Positions 29,663-39,350 of a stretch of DNA of 64,000 nt are shown piece after piece; within the stretch, counting starts at the first letter, position 1; the number at the start of each line of letters is the position of its first letter. The stretch lies in assembly GCA_038741355.1 (NCBI GenBank), contig JAVYLC010000001.1, forward strand, positions 9,119 to 73,118, given 5' to 3'. Made by a program: the position numbers and the translations under genes. This DNA is from Nitrososphaerota archaeon. Lineage in GTDB: Archaea > Thermoproteota > Nitrososphaeria_A > Caldarchaeales > Calditenuaceae. The notes beneath the pieces were generated by a model. It made no database searches. It was given only the letters and a program-made list of their open reading frames with translations, and was not told the origin of the DNA.

Positions 29663-31402
29663 ATGACGCAGGTAGTGCTGACATACGACCCCTCACTGGG
29701 ACACATGTTTCACAATTTTCCGCTCCTCAGCTTTCTACCCTGCGCCCCAGTCAGATACGTCCCACCACCGATATACAAGTATCTGAGTAAGCCGGACGTT
29801 CCCGCAGACGAATATGGGCGCTCCATCCTAGCACCCTACGGAATCAGGAAGATTGAGGCATGTCTCAAGACGAAGTCGAAGCTGCGGGCCGAAGTCATCC
29901 ATCCCAATCATATGGATAGACACATCACAGAGGATACTAAGATAATAGCCGTTAACACGATGGACCCGTTAGGAATCGGGCCTCTAACAATAATGTTCAA
30001 CAACTGTGGACGTGAGAAGTCTTGGGTCGCATACGAGTTTGAGAACCTCATACACACGATAAACGTGCTGCGTAGGAATAGATGCCCCAAGGCTAAGCTT
30101 ATAGTGGGTGGAGCTGGTGAGTGGGAGTTTGAGATTAGGCCAGAGATGATAGACGCGCTTGGAATAGACCACGTAGTTCAGGGGGAGATGGACGATATAA
30201 TCCACATACTCTTCGAGGGATTGATCGAGGACAGTATCGACAACTCCATATTCTTTCACGGCTTCAGATCAACTGTCTTTAACCAGCATGGGCGTGCGAC
30301 AATAACATATGTGAAGGACCCGCGCGGGCGCTTCATAACGCGCCACCCATTCTCTAGGTTTAAGCTTCCCAAGATAGACGACATTCCAACTATAATTGGT
30401 GGTACTATTAGCGGCCAAGTAGAGATTATGAGGGGTTGTGGACTTGACTGTGACTTCTGCGAAGTTACTACACGTCCTCTCCGGTATTATCCGCCTGAGA
30501 AGGTCCTCGAGGAGGTAAAGGTGAACCTGAGGTATGGTGTTAAAAATGCGTGGTTTATCACAGATAACCAGTGGGCCTACATGTTGAGGGATCCCGACTA
30601 TTGGCCGAATAGAGAGGCGATCGAAAAGCTCTACAGAACCGTAATGTCGCAGAATGGTGTGACACATGCAAACCCCATGCACGCGACGCTGGCTCCTCCT
30701 GCAGCAGACCCAGAGCTGCCCATGATGATTTCCAAGATTGTGGGTGCAGGTCCTGGGAAGCATGTGGGGGTTCAGATAGGCTTGGAGACCGGGAGTGACA
30801 AGCTGATCATGAAACACATGTCGAGGAAGGCCCTCCCCTTCCGTGTCGGCGTAGATGCAACTTGGTCCGAGATAGTGGTTGAGGGGCAGAAGGCTTTAAA
30901 CGCTGCCTACTGGCTTCCAGCCTATACAATAATACTTGGACTCGGGGGTGAGACAGACGACGACATCTGGGACACCATCGGCCTTATCAACCACATGGCC
31001 TCCATGGGGCTTCTCTTCACGGTCACACCCATGGCGCTCGTAAGCCTAGGCTCCCTGAGAGGAAACCAGAGCCTCACCGACGTTTATGCCAGCCTAACCC
31101 CTGCACAGGCAGCCCTAATCTATGTCAGCTGGAGGAATACGCGGAGGATGGCCGAGCTACTCGCGTGGAGGCTTGGGAGTGATAATCCGTTACTGAAGCT
31201 TGTCACCGGTGGCATTCTAACATTCGGCGCAAACTTCTGGGTAAACTCGATTGAGCGCTATTTCAGGAAGGTCAACCCTGAGGCAGGCAGAGCCATCGAG
31301 AAGGCTAAAAACTACACAACAGTTTATTCAAAGGGCACAGACTTCAGCAAGCTTAGAGAGAGGTTTAAGGAAATCAAGAGCAGGCCGACTATAATTAACT
31401 AG
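29663..31402 (+). CDS. radical SAM protein with N-terminal B12-binding-like domain
   Basis: MRGCGLDCDFCEV (CxxxCxxC) cluster motif. Confidence 0.75.
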   Translation: MTQVVLTYDPSLGHMFHNFPLLSFLPCAPVRYVPPPIYKYLSKPDVPADEYGRSILAPYGIRKIEACLKTKSKLRAEVIHPNHMDRHITEDTKIIAVNTMDPLGIGPLTIMFNNCGREKSWVAYEFENLIHTINVLRRNRCPKAKLIVGGAGEWEFEIRPEMIDALGIDHVVQGEMDDIIHILFEGLIEDSIDNSIFFHGFRSTVFNQHGRATITYVKDPRGRFITRHPFSRFKLPKIDDIPTIIGGTISGQVEIMRGCGLDCDFCEVTTRPLRYYPPEKVLEEVKVNLRYGVKNAWFITDNQWAYMLRDPDYWPNREAIEKLYRTVMSQNGVTHANPMHATLAPPAADPELPMMISKIVGAGPGKHVGVQIGLETGSDKLIMKHMSRKALPFRVGVDATWSEIVVEGQKALNAAYWLPAYTIILGLGGETDDDIWDTIGLINHMASMGLLFTVTPMALVSLGSLRGNQSLTDVYASLTPAQAALIYVSWRNTRRMAELLAWRLGSDNPLLKLVTGGILTFGANFWVNSIERYFRKVNPEAGRAIEKAKNYTTVYSKGTDFSKLRERFKEIKSRPTIIN

Positions 31403-31411
31403 CTTCCCCGA

Positions 31412-31831
31412 CTAGCGCCGCACTGCTCTATGCTTATGCTCGAACACCGCAGTAACTATGCTCTCCCTCACCTGGCTTGGGAGAATCGATGATGATAGCC
31501 ACATGCCGAACGCCCTCTTCTCATAAACATTCATAGGCCTCTTGAACACGATCAACCTTCGGATAGCTGAATATACGCGATTGCTACTATGAACCTTCGG
31601 AATATAGTATACCCTTAGTAGCCGCCGGCTCCCAACCTTTACACGAGGCCTTGCAAACCTCCCTAACCTCATCTCCACAAAACTCAGAAGACCATTATAA
31701 ACGAGCTTATTCAACGTGGCCTGAGCTGTGGCGACCTTACACTTCGCCTTACGCGCGATGAGGGGCACAGGTAAAGGCCCGTACCTCTTGAGGGTTGTAA
31801 TAACCCTCGCCGTGGCTGGCCCTCTGATCAT
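31412..31831 (-). CDS. hypothetical basic protein, possible winged-helix DNA binding
   Basis: 139 aa, very basic, ..LPVPLIARKAKCKVATAQATLNKLVYNGLL.. HTH-like. Confidence 0.35.
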   Translation of the reverse strand: MIRGPATARVITTLKRYGPLPVPLIARKAKCKVATAQATLNKLVYNGLLSFVEMRLGRFARPRVKVGSRRLLRVYYIPKVHSSNRVYSAIRRLIVFKRPMNVYEKRAFGMWLSSSILPSQVRESIVTAVFEHKHRAVRR

Positions 31832-31984
31832 TACGCGTCTAAATATATTTCGATATACTTTGATTTAAATTTGTTTGAGCGCCCTAACGAGATAATACGT
31901 CTGTCAAGAGGCCAGCTTTCCTTATAAGACTGCGTATAAGTCTGATGTTATTAGCTGGTCAGAACAGTTTTATCCTTGAGGTGA

Positions 31985-32674
31985 GCCGCCACGAGCCTCC
32001 AATCCGGACGCAACATAGACAGGCTTGCCACAGGTATACGTAGTCTCGACTCAACGCTCGGGGGGCTGGAGGCTAGGCGGCTCCATCTTATCGTCGGGGA
32101 GGAAAAGAGTGGGAAGACAACTCTCGCACTACAGGTTGCATCAATAGCATCGGAAGTGGGGTTTGAGGTCCTATGGTTGGATTGTGGCGGCAGGCTCCAT
32201 CCAGCTAGGCTAAAGTCCCTAGCAAGCCATTGGGGCGCAGACCTGTCTAGGATGAAGATCTCCATACCCGAGACATTCTCTGAGCAGCTTAGGCTAATAA
32301 TCTGGGCCTGCGACTACGTCCAAGAGCCGGGACTAATAGTTGTGGACGACTTCACATACCTCCATAGAGTGGAGGCTTCGGGCGTCTTACCTCACGATAA
32401 GTGGATTTACAAGATGCTCGCACTCCAGTCCGCTCTCCTCAAAGAGGTGACACGATCCCGCAACGTCACTTCAATAGTTGTCTCGGATGTTCATGAGAGG
32501 CCTGGTCTAGGGCAGCCGCAGCCGGTGGCCAGCGCGATCGTCTCCTATTACGCAGATAGTGAGTTGTGGATACAGTCTATTACAGCTGGTAGAAGATTGT
32601 TAAGACTGCTCATGAACGATCAATCAATATCGCTCCGCGTTAGAATATTTGAGGGCGGGATTATAGAGGATTGA
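31985..32674 (+). CDS. RecA-superfamily ATPase (RadB/KaiC-like paralogue); start codon unresolved
   Basis: LATGIRSLDSTLGGLE..LHLIVGEEKSGKTTLALQ (Walker A) ..LIVVDDF (Walker B). Walker A lies upstream of the first canonical start (GTG 32156). Confidence 0.6.
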   Translation, partial: AATSLQSGRNIDRLATGIRSLDSTLGGLEARRLHLIVGEEKSGKTTLALQVASIASEVGFEVLWLDCGGRLHPARLKSLASHWGADLSRMKISIPETFSEQLRLIIWACDYVQEPGLIVVDDFTYLHRVEASGVLPHDKWIYKMLALQSALLKEVTRSRNVTSIVVSDVHERPGLGQPQPVASAIVSYYADSELWIQSITAGRRLLRLLMNDQSISLRVRIFEGGIIED

Positions 32675-33049
32675 TCATATCTTGGCAGAGAATCCAGCGA
32701 AGAGTCCGAGGGCTGATAAGAGGATAAGGAGCGACGCGCCGAGTGTAGCGTATCCGGCCGCCCTTTCAGTTAGGCGTCCAGTCGCTGCAAAGTAGAAAAG
32801 AGCTAGCCCGGTTAAGCCCAGAGCGTAGTACAGTGAGATGACTATAAACTCTGCTACAGTCTGGATTGTTTGTGTTGGGGCGAAGATCTGGCGGCCATAG
32901 AAAGTGGCTACATGGCTCATGGAGACGAAGACCACCCCGCTCATAACAAGTATCATAGTGAACATCAGGATAGCAGCCAGTACGCCACGCCCCTTAACAA
33001 CCCAGTCTAGCGAGAGAACAGTGCTCAGAGTTCTCTTAACCCTCTCCAA
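32675..33049 (-). CDS. hypothetical membrane protein
   Basis: 124 aa, 3-4 TM segments. Confidence 0.4.
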   Translation of the reverse strand: MERVKRTLSTVLSLDWVVKGRGVLAAILMFTMILVMSGVVFVSMSHVATFYGRQIFAPTQTIQTVAEFIVISLYYALGLTGLALFYFAATGRLTERAAGYATLGASLLILLSALGLFAGFSAKI

Positions 33050-33408
33050 TCCATGGAGAGGGCCAAGGGTCTCAAATATAACCCTACACAGTCCACCTCA
33101 CCCAAAGAGTAGCCCGGCGAAGTTTATGGCCCTAGAGAAAGCCTACCGCCACAGCAGGGAGTCCTAAGTGGTAGATGACGATGCCTTGATAATAGCGGCG
33201 GCACACGACTGCCAAGTCGTCGAGATAGATTTTCCACACATGCATCACGATGCCAACGTTGACTATACCGTGTAAGAAGATTATTAGGACTGAGGGGACT
33301 GTGAGAAAACTGCTCGGCATCGACCGGAGGATACTTTCAAGGTTGATGGATATTTCGCGGGTTGTGTGATTATCCCTTTATATGGTGCTCCCCTAATGGT
33401 TTAGGGAA

Positions 33409-35553
33409 ATGGCCGGCTCGGTGAGGGCTTTCCTCGGTAGGGCGTCGGGCGTTTTCTTAAGCTTGGACAGGAGGATTGGTGGTAGGGAGTTCTACGCGCC
33501 TCTGGCCGTGCTATTTATAGCGATGACGGTGACTTTCATGTCGAGGTCACTGCCGGCTCGGTGGGGCTTCATTTTGAGTGAGTTCGATCCTTGGTGGCAC
33601 TTCAAGACAGGCACCATGATTATTGAGAGAGGGTGGGCGGGGTTCTTCGAGTACGCCGGCCTCGTCGATAATAAGAGCTGGTATCCGACAGGTCTCCAAG
33701 TTGGCAAGACCTTCTACCCTGGCGTCTCATTCACCTTCGCATTCATCTACCTCGTCCTCTCCTCCATCGGAGTCAATGTGGATTTAATCGAGCTTGCCTC
33801 CATCCTCCCAGTCGTATACGGTATCTTGGCGGTAATAATCACCTTCTTACTTGCTAGATATGTTCTGGGGACAGGGCCGGCCTTAGCCTCGGCCCTACTC
33901 CTATCCATTAGTTATGCACACATCTCTAGGACACATTTGGGGTGGCTTGATGACGAGGCGTTAGCTATCCCGCTTATGCATGCCGCTTTCCTGACGTATC
34001 TCGCGTCGATCAACGAGAAGAGGTCTATGAAGGGCTCCCTCCTCCTAGGCCTGCTTACGGGTCTCCTCCTCGGTTATACTGGGGCGACATGGGGTGCACA
34101 TAGATTTCCAGTCATGATGGTCTTCCTGTTCACAGGCCTACTCGTCTTCATGGGCAGGTATAGAAGGCAGCTCCTAGCTAGCTTCATACCGCTACTCACG
34201 TCAACATCAATAATACTGGTAAGTGTCCCGAAGCTAGGTCTCTCATACCTGTTTGAGATCACGCTTCTATCAGGGTATGCGGCGTTGGCGTACATCGTGC
34301 TAGCAGAGGTGCTATACAGGTATTTGGGGTCTCAGGGAGCGGTAATAGCGCTAAGGGGAGTTGCGCTCGGTCTCATACTGCTCATATCCGGCTTGGTTGT
34401 TGCAGCCATAGCCAATCTACCAGGGCTAAAGTTCCTCTCAGTAGTGTTCCCTCAGCTCAGAAGCGAGCTCGTGATAATAGCCTCGGTGGCTGAGAACCAG
34501 GCTGCGACCTGGTCAACACTCTTCACAGACTTTGGACCAACACTAATTCTAGCGCCCTTTGGGGTCTACCTCCTAGTCAAGAGGGCAGGGGACGGAGACA
34601 TATTCTTCACACTCTACGCAGTCCTCTCACTGTACTTTGCCTCCTCGCTTGTCCGGCTGGCCCTACCCACCTCGCCCATCGTCACCATACTAGCAGGCTT
34701 TGTCCTGACAGAGATGTTTGCGCTCGCGTCGCGAAATCTCGCCCCACCCCGTGGACCTAGGTTGAGAAGGACGGGTGAGAGGAGGTTTTTGATCGCCGTC
34801 CCGCTGATTGTTTTGGCGCTGATATCGATTCACTATCTCCCCCAGGCCATGGGGAATACCTGGGCATTCTCGTCGCTTGACGCTGCTTACACTCCCAGCA
34901 CGATAACATCCGCATCACTTCCAACAGGCAGGAACTTGGTCTTGAATGACTGGTTGCGCGCAGTTGAGTGGATGAGGAACAACCTTCCAGACAACGCGGT
35001 CGTAGCGGCGTGGTGGGACTACGGCAACTGGATATCAATAGTGGCTAACAAGTCCTCTCTGGTAGATAACACGACAGTAGACACTCTAAAAATAGCAAAG
35101 GTCGGGTATGCATTCATGGCGCCAACCAACGTTAGCTTGAGGATCTTCAAAGAGATGGGCGCGACGCACGTCCTCATATTCATCACTCACAGACCCCAGA
35201 CAGGGGCTGGAGACTACCCCAGGCTCCTCTACTATGGCGACGAGTCTAAATGGTTCTGGATGCTGCGGATAGCTAATCAGCACGCACGTGAGCTGGGGCT
35301 GACGCCAATAGACGAGACGGCGATCCTCGGCCCCAACAGGGACCCGACGAATCCTACAGAAAAGTTCTGGACAGATACTACGCTCGGTCGGCTGATACCG
35401 TTCAAGCCCAGGCAGACCACAGACCAGTTTGGAAACATTATCACCGCATACTATTATGAGGAGCCTCAGGTTGAGGGTTATAGACTGGTATTCTCATCTT
35501 CAGCACCGTACTCCAGCCTAGCGTATGTATACATCTATGAGATTACTGGCTAG
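33409..35553 (+). CDS. aglB: oligosaccharyltransferase AglB (STT3 family)
   Basis: 714 aa, multi-TM N-terminal half, catalytic WWDYGNW motif. Confidence 0.9.
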   Translation: MAGSVRAFLGRASGVFLSLDRRIGGREFYAPLAVLFIAMTVTFMSRSLPARWGFILSEFDPWWHFKTGTMIIERGWAGFFEYAGLVDNKSWYPTGLQVGKTFYPGVSFTFAFIYLVLSSIGVNVDLIELASILPVVYGILAVIITFLLARYVLGTGPALASALLLSISYAHISRTHLGWLDDEALAIPLMHAAFLTYLASINEKRSMKGSLLLGLLTGLLLGYTGATWGAHRFPVMMVFLFTGLLVFMGRYRRQLLASFIPLLTSTSIILVSVPKLGLSYLFEITLLSGYAALAYIVLAEVLYRYLGSQGAVIALRGVALGLILLISGLVVAAIANLPGLKFLSVVFPQLRSELVIIASVAENQAATWSTLFTDFGPTLILAPFGVYLLVKRAGDGDIFFTLYAVLSLYFASSLVRLALPTSPIVTILAGFVLTEMFALASRNLAPPRGPRLRRTGERRFLIAVPLIVLALISIHYLPQAMGNTWAFSSLDAAYTPSTITSASLPTGRNLVLNDWLRAVEWMRNNLPDNAVVAAWWDYGNWISIVANKSSLVDNTTVDTLKIAKVGYAFMAPTNVSLRIFKEMGATHVLIFITHRPQTGAGDYPRLLYYGDESKWFWMLRIANQHARELGLTPIDETAILGPNRDPTNPTEKFWTDTTLGRLIPFKPRQTTDQFGNIITAYYYEEPQVEGYRLVFSSSAPYSSLAYVYIYEITG

Positions 35554-36275
35554 CCGATGTAGGAGGGGGCGCCTCCCCTCCTCTCCATCTCTTCGAAGAA
35601 CCTGCTGGCCTCTCTCAGGAGTTGCTGCTGCTTCTCGATCTCGGCGTCGAGCTTGGATGTGTCGACAGGTATCTCGAGATACTCTGAGAGTATCGCCAAG
35701 ACCTTTTTCGCCGAAGCTAGGTCGGGTGCAAGGCCCATAGTGTCTGATATCAGGAGGTCCATGGGCACGCGGTTCAGGTGGAATCTGAGCATCAGTGATG
35801 ATGTGAGTCTATCGACTGGGAGAGTATCGATGTTCGTTGCAGCCTTTGCTCCTAGGCGGACTAGCCGTCTGACCCTATCCATGTCCGTGGAGGATGCATA
35901 GACTTCGCCTGATGCATTAACTCGCCCGCTTGTCAGGACTACAAGGGCGCTGATCTTCGACGAGGGGAGATAGTCGAGCAGGATCTCTGAAATCTCTTCA
36001 CCCACTTCAGTAGTCTCAACAATGAAATTCCTCGTCACTATTAGTAGTGCCTGCCTCTGGTTTGTGCGATGACTCGCGAGGTAGATCTCAATCTTGGGCG
36101 GAGCGGCGACGCCTTCATTGTTTATCAATGTGACTTGGGGGAAGTGTGGCGAGAGGATCTCCGCTGCCTTAACCGTTTCCAGGCTCTCCTGCAAGATGCT
36201 TGAGACGATGAGTGCAACAACCCCAGGACCACCGCCCGCATCTACGATGGTATACTCTATGTCGTCCGCTGGCAT
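35550..36275 (-). CDS. PAC2-family (proteasome assembly chaperone-like) protein
   Basis: Pattern GGPGVVALIV..LIVTRNF..VVLTSG.. with C-terminal coiled tail; family call by resemblance only. Confidence 0.45.
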   Translation of the reverse strand: MPADDIEYTIVDAGGGPGVVALIVSSILQESLETVKAAEILSPHFPQVTLINNEGVAAPPKIEIYLASHRTNQRQALLIVTRNFIVETTEVGEEISEILLDYLPSSKISALVVLTSGRVNASGEVYASSTDMDRVRRLVRLGAKAATNIDTLPVDRLTSSLMLRFHLNRVPMDLLISDTMGLAPDLASAKKVLAILSEYLEIPVDTSKLDAEIEKQQQLLREASRFFEEMERRGGAPSYIG

Positions 36276-36452
36276 TTGGGTAAGCTTATTAAGTCTTGTC
36301 TCCCTCAAGCCCTGTCATTAATTGAGGATCTACAGGCTATTAAATCCATCAAACAGTCCCGCCCAGTTGTTCCCCTCACTTTTCGCCAATCATATTCGTG
36401 TAGATGTATATAATTTAAATATCTCGATAATAACGCCGTAATACGATAGCAC

Positions 36453-37298
36453 ATGGGTGAAAGGCAGGATTTGCCTGTTCTAGTCTCTACCGAGTGGGTT
36501 GCGAGGAACCTCGACAGGACTGATGTCCGTGTAGTTGAGGTAGACTATGACCCGCAGACAGCCTATTTTCAGGGGCATGTACGGGGGGCTGTTTTGTGGG
36601 ATTGGAAAAAGGACATCAACGATCCCATAGAGCGTAATATTATCAGTAAGGAGGGGTTCGAGCTTCTCTGCTCTCGGAGCGGGATCTCAAATGACACGCA
36701 CATAGTTCTTTACGGCGACTTCAACAACTGGTTCGCCGCCTTTGCATTCTGGGTTGCCAGACTATACGGCCACGAGAAGCTGAGCATAATGGATGGTGGC
36801 AGGAAGAAGTGGATAGCTGAGGAGAGGGAGCTTGTGAAGGATATCCCAAACCCAGCACCGACCACTTACAGGGTTACCAAAGTACGGTACGAGTATAGAG
36901 TCCTTCTGCCTGATGTCCGCGCAAGGCTTGGAAGCCCCACAGTAGCTCTAGTTGATGTGAGGTCTCCTGACGAGTACACTGGCAAAATCTTAGCGCCTCC
37001 CGAGTATCCTACAGAGCATGCGCAGCGGGGAGGCCACATCCCAGGCGCGGTGAACATACCGTGGGCGAAAGCGCTTAACGATGACGGCACCTTCAAGCCG
37101 GTCGAGGAGTTGAGAAAGCTCTACCAAGGTATGGATGTGACGCCTGATAAAGAGGTGATAACTTACTGTAGGATAGGTGAGAGGTCGTCTGTGACGTGGT
37201 TCGTCCTGAAGGAGTTGCTCAAGTATCCTAAAGTCAGGAACTATGATGGGAGCTGGAGTGAGTGGGGGAACGTAGTCGGTACCCCAATAGAGAAATAA
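36453..37298 (+). CDS. thiosulfate/3-mercaptopyruvate sulfurtransferase (tandem rhodanese)
   Basis: Two rhodanese domains; active-site loop YCRIGERS. Confidence 0.85.
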   Translation: MGERQDLPVLVSTEWVARNLDRTDVRVVEVDYDPQTAYFQGHVRGAVLWDWKKDINDPIERNIISKEGFELLCSRSGISNDTHIVLYGDFNNWFAAFAFWVARLYGHEKLSIMDGGRKKWIAEERELVKDIPNPAPTTYRVTKVRYEYRVLLPDVRARLGSPTVALVDVRSPDEYTGKILAPPEYPTEHAQRGGHIPGAVNIPWAKALNDDGTFKPVEELRKLYQGMDVTPDKEVITYCRIGERSSVTWFVLKELLKYPKVRNYDGSWSEWGNVVGTPIEK

Positions 37299-37326
37299 GT
37301 CGAAGGAGCAGGTATCCCTGAGTGGG

Positions 37327-38001
37327 ATGGAGGAGTTCCTCGGCTGTAGCTTCTCGAGCAACAACCTATACTTCCTCGATGAGATGCTATGGATGAGCCC
37401 GATTCAGGATAGAGTGTTTCGAGTCGGAATACTCCCGATTACTCAAGCGCTGTGGGGTAAGATAACATCGGTAAGGGTTAAGCCGCCTGGTGAAGAGGTC
37501 GCTGCAAATAGGGCTCTATGCCTTATCGAATCCCGGAGATTCTTAGGAAATATCAGGGCCCCCTTCGACCTGAGGATAGAGCGCCTCAACATGGAGGCCG
37601 TTGAGCGGCCTTGGATTTTGCAGAGGGGCTTCGGCGAGGCTGCCTGGCTTTGTGAGGTAGCCGCCTTGAAAGGTGACTACTTGGCCAAGTTGAAGAGGTG
37701 GAGTGAGATCCGAGAAGAGGTAGAGAAGATGATTAGTGAGAGGGGGATAGTCTGTTTCAGAGAGGTGCCAGACTATGTGCATGCAGCGATTGGGATCGAC
37801 TGCAGCCAGCTCCTTATGGTGCTCTCCGACAAGCTTGAAGGGGTTCCTGAGGGAAGCATCATCCACGTAGTGGCCGACTATAATGAGGGTGCTGAGAGAG
37901 ATTTAGAGAAGTGGAGCCAGATCACTGGGAACGAGGTGCTGGACTTTAGGGTTGAGAAGAAGCTTGCCCACGCTTTGATTCGACGTAGGACCCAACTATA
38001 G
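37327..38001 (+). CDS. fusion of GcvH-like (lipoyl-Lys absent) and TusA-like sulfur-carrier domains
   Basis: N-terminal part ..ALCLIESRRFLGNIRAPFDLRI..PW.. follows the GcvH pattern with ESxK replaced by ESRR; C-terminal part AIGIDCSQLLMVLSDKL..IIHVVADYNEGAERDLEKW follows the TusA pattern. Confidence 0.55.
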   Translation: MEEFLGCSFSSNNLYFLDEMLWMSPIQDRVFRVGILPITQALWGKITSVRVKPPGEEVAANRALCLIESRRFLGNIRAPFDLRIERLNMEAVERPWILQRGFGEAAWLCEVAALKGDYLAKLKRWSEIREEVEKMISERGIVCFREVPDYVHAAIGIDCSQLLMVLSDKLEGVPEGSIIHVVADYNEGAERDLEKWSQITGNEVLDFRVEKKLAHALIRRRTQL

Positions 38002-38033
38002 ATCGGGAATTAAATTTAATAAAGATAAACCAC

Positions 38034-38159
38034 CTTCTTTGAAGAAGGGAGAAAATAGGGGAGAGTTTGGCTGGGGGCAACCAACCAAAACAACATCAAG
38101 GAAACCCATAAGAAAGGCCGGCCGTAATTTTTATTGGCCGTATCCTATAGGATACGGTA
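38034..38159 (+). repeat. 125-nt repeated intergenic element, copy B (identity to copy A ends at 38159)
   Basis: Aligns with 21711-21835; hairpin ccgtatcc-tata-ggatacgg is perfect here and has a G-T (G.U) pair in copy A; AT-rich aattaaatttaataaag just upstream. Confidence 0.8.
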
Positions 38160-38168
38160 TTTGATTCC

Positions 38169-38218
38169 GGCGCCGGCCTTTCCAGATGGGTTTTTTCCCT
38201 GCTGTTCAGGCCGGCGCC
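38169..38218. repeat. 10-bp perfect GC inverted repeat spanning the recombinase stop codon
   Basis: ggcgccggcc 38169-38178 pairs with ggccggcgcc 38209-38218, 30-nt loop. Confidence 0.8.
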
Positions 38219-39072
38219 TCCAGCCTTTCCCGGGTCTCCTTAACAGTCTTCCAAATCATCCGAAGTATTCTTTCTTCGTCCCTTGCTCTGTGGTGTGTGT
38301 TTTTCAGAGCCGCTGTTGTCAGTCTTGACAGCGCTTGTCTTGCCTTTTTGCTATAGATTTTGTTGACCCCCTTCCTGGCTTTGAATAATCCGAAGAAATT
38401 TTTGAGACGGCTGAAAGACCTGGTTCTTTCTACGTAAGGCATTATCTCTGCCAGGGCTTCTCTCGCCATAAGATGATAATCTCCCCCGATTCCCAGCGTG
38501 TCAACAACCTCATCGTAGGCTGGGATTCTCCTCCCAGCCTCATCGACTATAATCTTCGCCATAGCGTTCAGCTGCTTCTCCAAAACGTCTACAGCAACCC
38601 TCAAAACATCCCTCTCAGAACCGTTCAATGCCTTCATCCTGTTAGTCAGAGAAACATAGCTTTTTAGAAGACTTCTGTAACCACTGATAAGTTTACGAAA
38701 CACCAGAAAATCCTCATCAACCTCTCTGAACCACTTAGACTCTAAAGCCATCAACACCTTGACGTCGTTCTTCGCGCTCTTGGTCTTGATGCCGAGCTTT
38801 TGGTACATCAGCCTGAATAACGTCAGTCGTCGGACGTAGAAGACCCTGACCCCGCGTCGAAGAACCTCTACGAACTCATCCGTGAGCTCTACGGGAATTG
38901 TATCCACGTAGAGCTCGTCACTGGGTTCTGCGGGAATCTCTGAAACCCTCGAAACCCTGTAGAAGTTCTCCCCGTCATTGGTATATACATGTTATTGTTC
39001 ATCGCTCTTCCTTTTACGCTTCTTGTTAGCCATCCGGTGAATATCGGCAAAAAATCGTCTCTTCTCAGTCAT
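38206..39072 (-). pseudogene. IS110-like (DEDD N-terminal / Transposase_20-like C-terminal) recombinase with in-frame TAA at codon 27
   Basis: ATG 39072, MTEKRRFFADIHRMANKKRKRKSDEQ, TAA 38992-38994, same frame continues HVYTNDGENFYRV..VDTIPVELTDEF..IKTKSAKNDVKVLMALE (compare KSNKND..DA of IS621)..LGIGGDYHLMAREALAEIM..RSFSRLKNFFGLF..IYSKKARQALSRL. Recognition from remembered family motifs only. Confidence 0.5.
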
Positions 39073-39350
39073 TTCCCCCCACCCTCCCCCCTGCGCGTCC
39101 GTCCGCCCCTACGGCCGCGCCACTAGGCGGCCAGTCCGTGGTGGGGAGGGGCGGTGCCCCACCACGGGCGCCCTCCACAAACATATTAGCCCCCCGGGCG
39201 CCGGGGGAAAACATTTCCCCTGTGATCATGGCGTTCCCGGGAGGCCCCTAGGCCGCCGCGCTCCCCGACAGGAGGGAACCCCGCCGGAGAACGCATGCCT
39301 CCGGCCGAGGGTCCTCCTATCGGGGCCTAAGTGGGTGGAGATCCGCATAA
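39073..39350 (-). ncRNA. candidate structured leader / guide RNA 5' of the recombinase gene
   Basis: GC-rich, no ORF. 11-bp stem 39136-39146/39157-39167; CCGGAG/CTCCGG 39284-39289/39299-39304 nested in AGGAGG/CCTCCT; GGGGAAA/TTTCCCC; GGCCGC/GCGGCC. TATA-like tatttat at 39355-39361 (minus-strand sense). Confidence 0.3.

Noticed and set aside
30269-30817. 182-aa minus-strand ORF
   Set aside because: It is antisense to the radical SAM gene and has no motifs.
31951-32265. 104-aa minus-strand ORF
   Set aside because: It is antisense to the P-loop region of the RadB-like gene.
21711-38159. The two direct 125-nt repeats as boundaries of a 16-kb mobile island
   Set aside because: The interval contains core genes (RNase P RNA, aglB, oxidase, xdhC) and no integrase. 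The repeats are better explained as dispersed copies of a small element.
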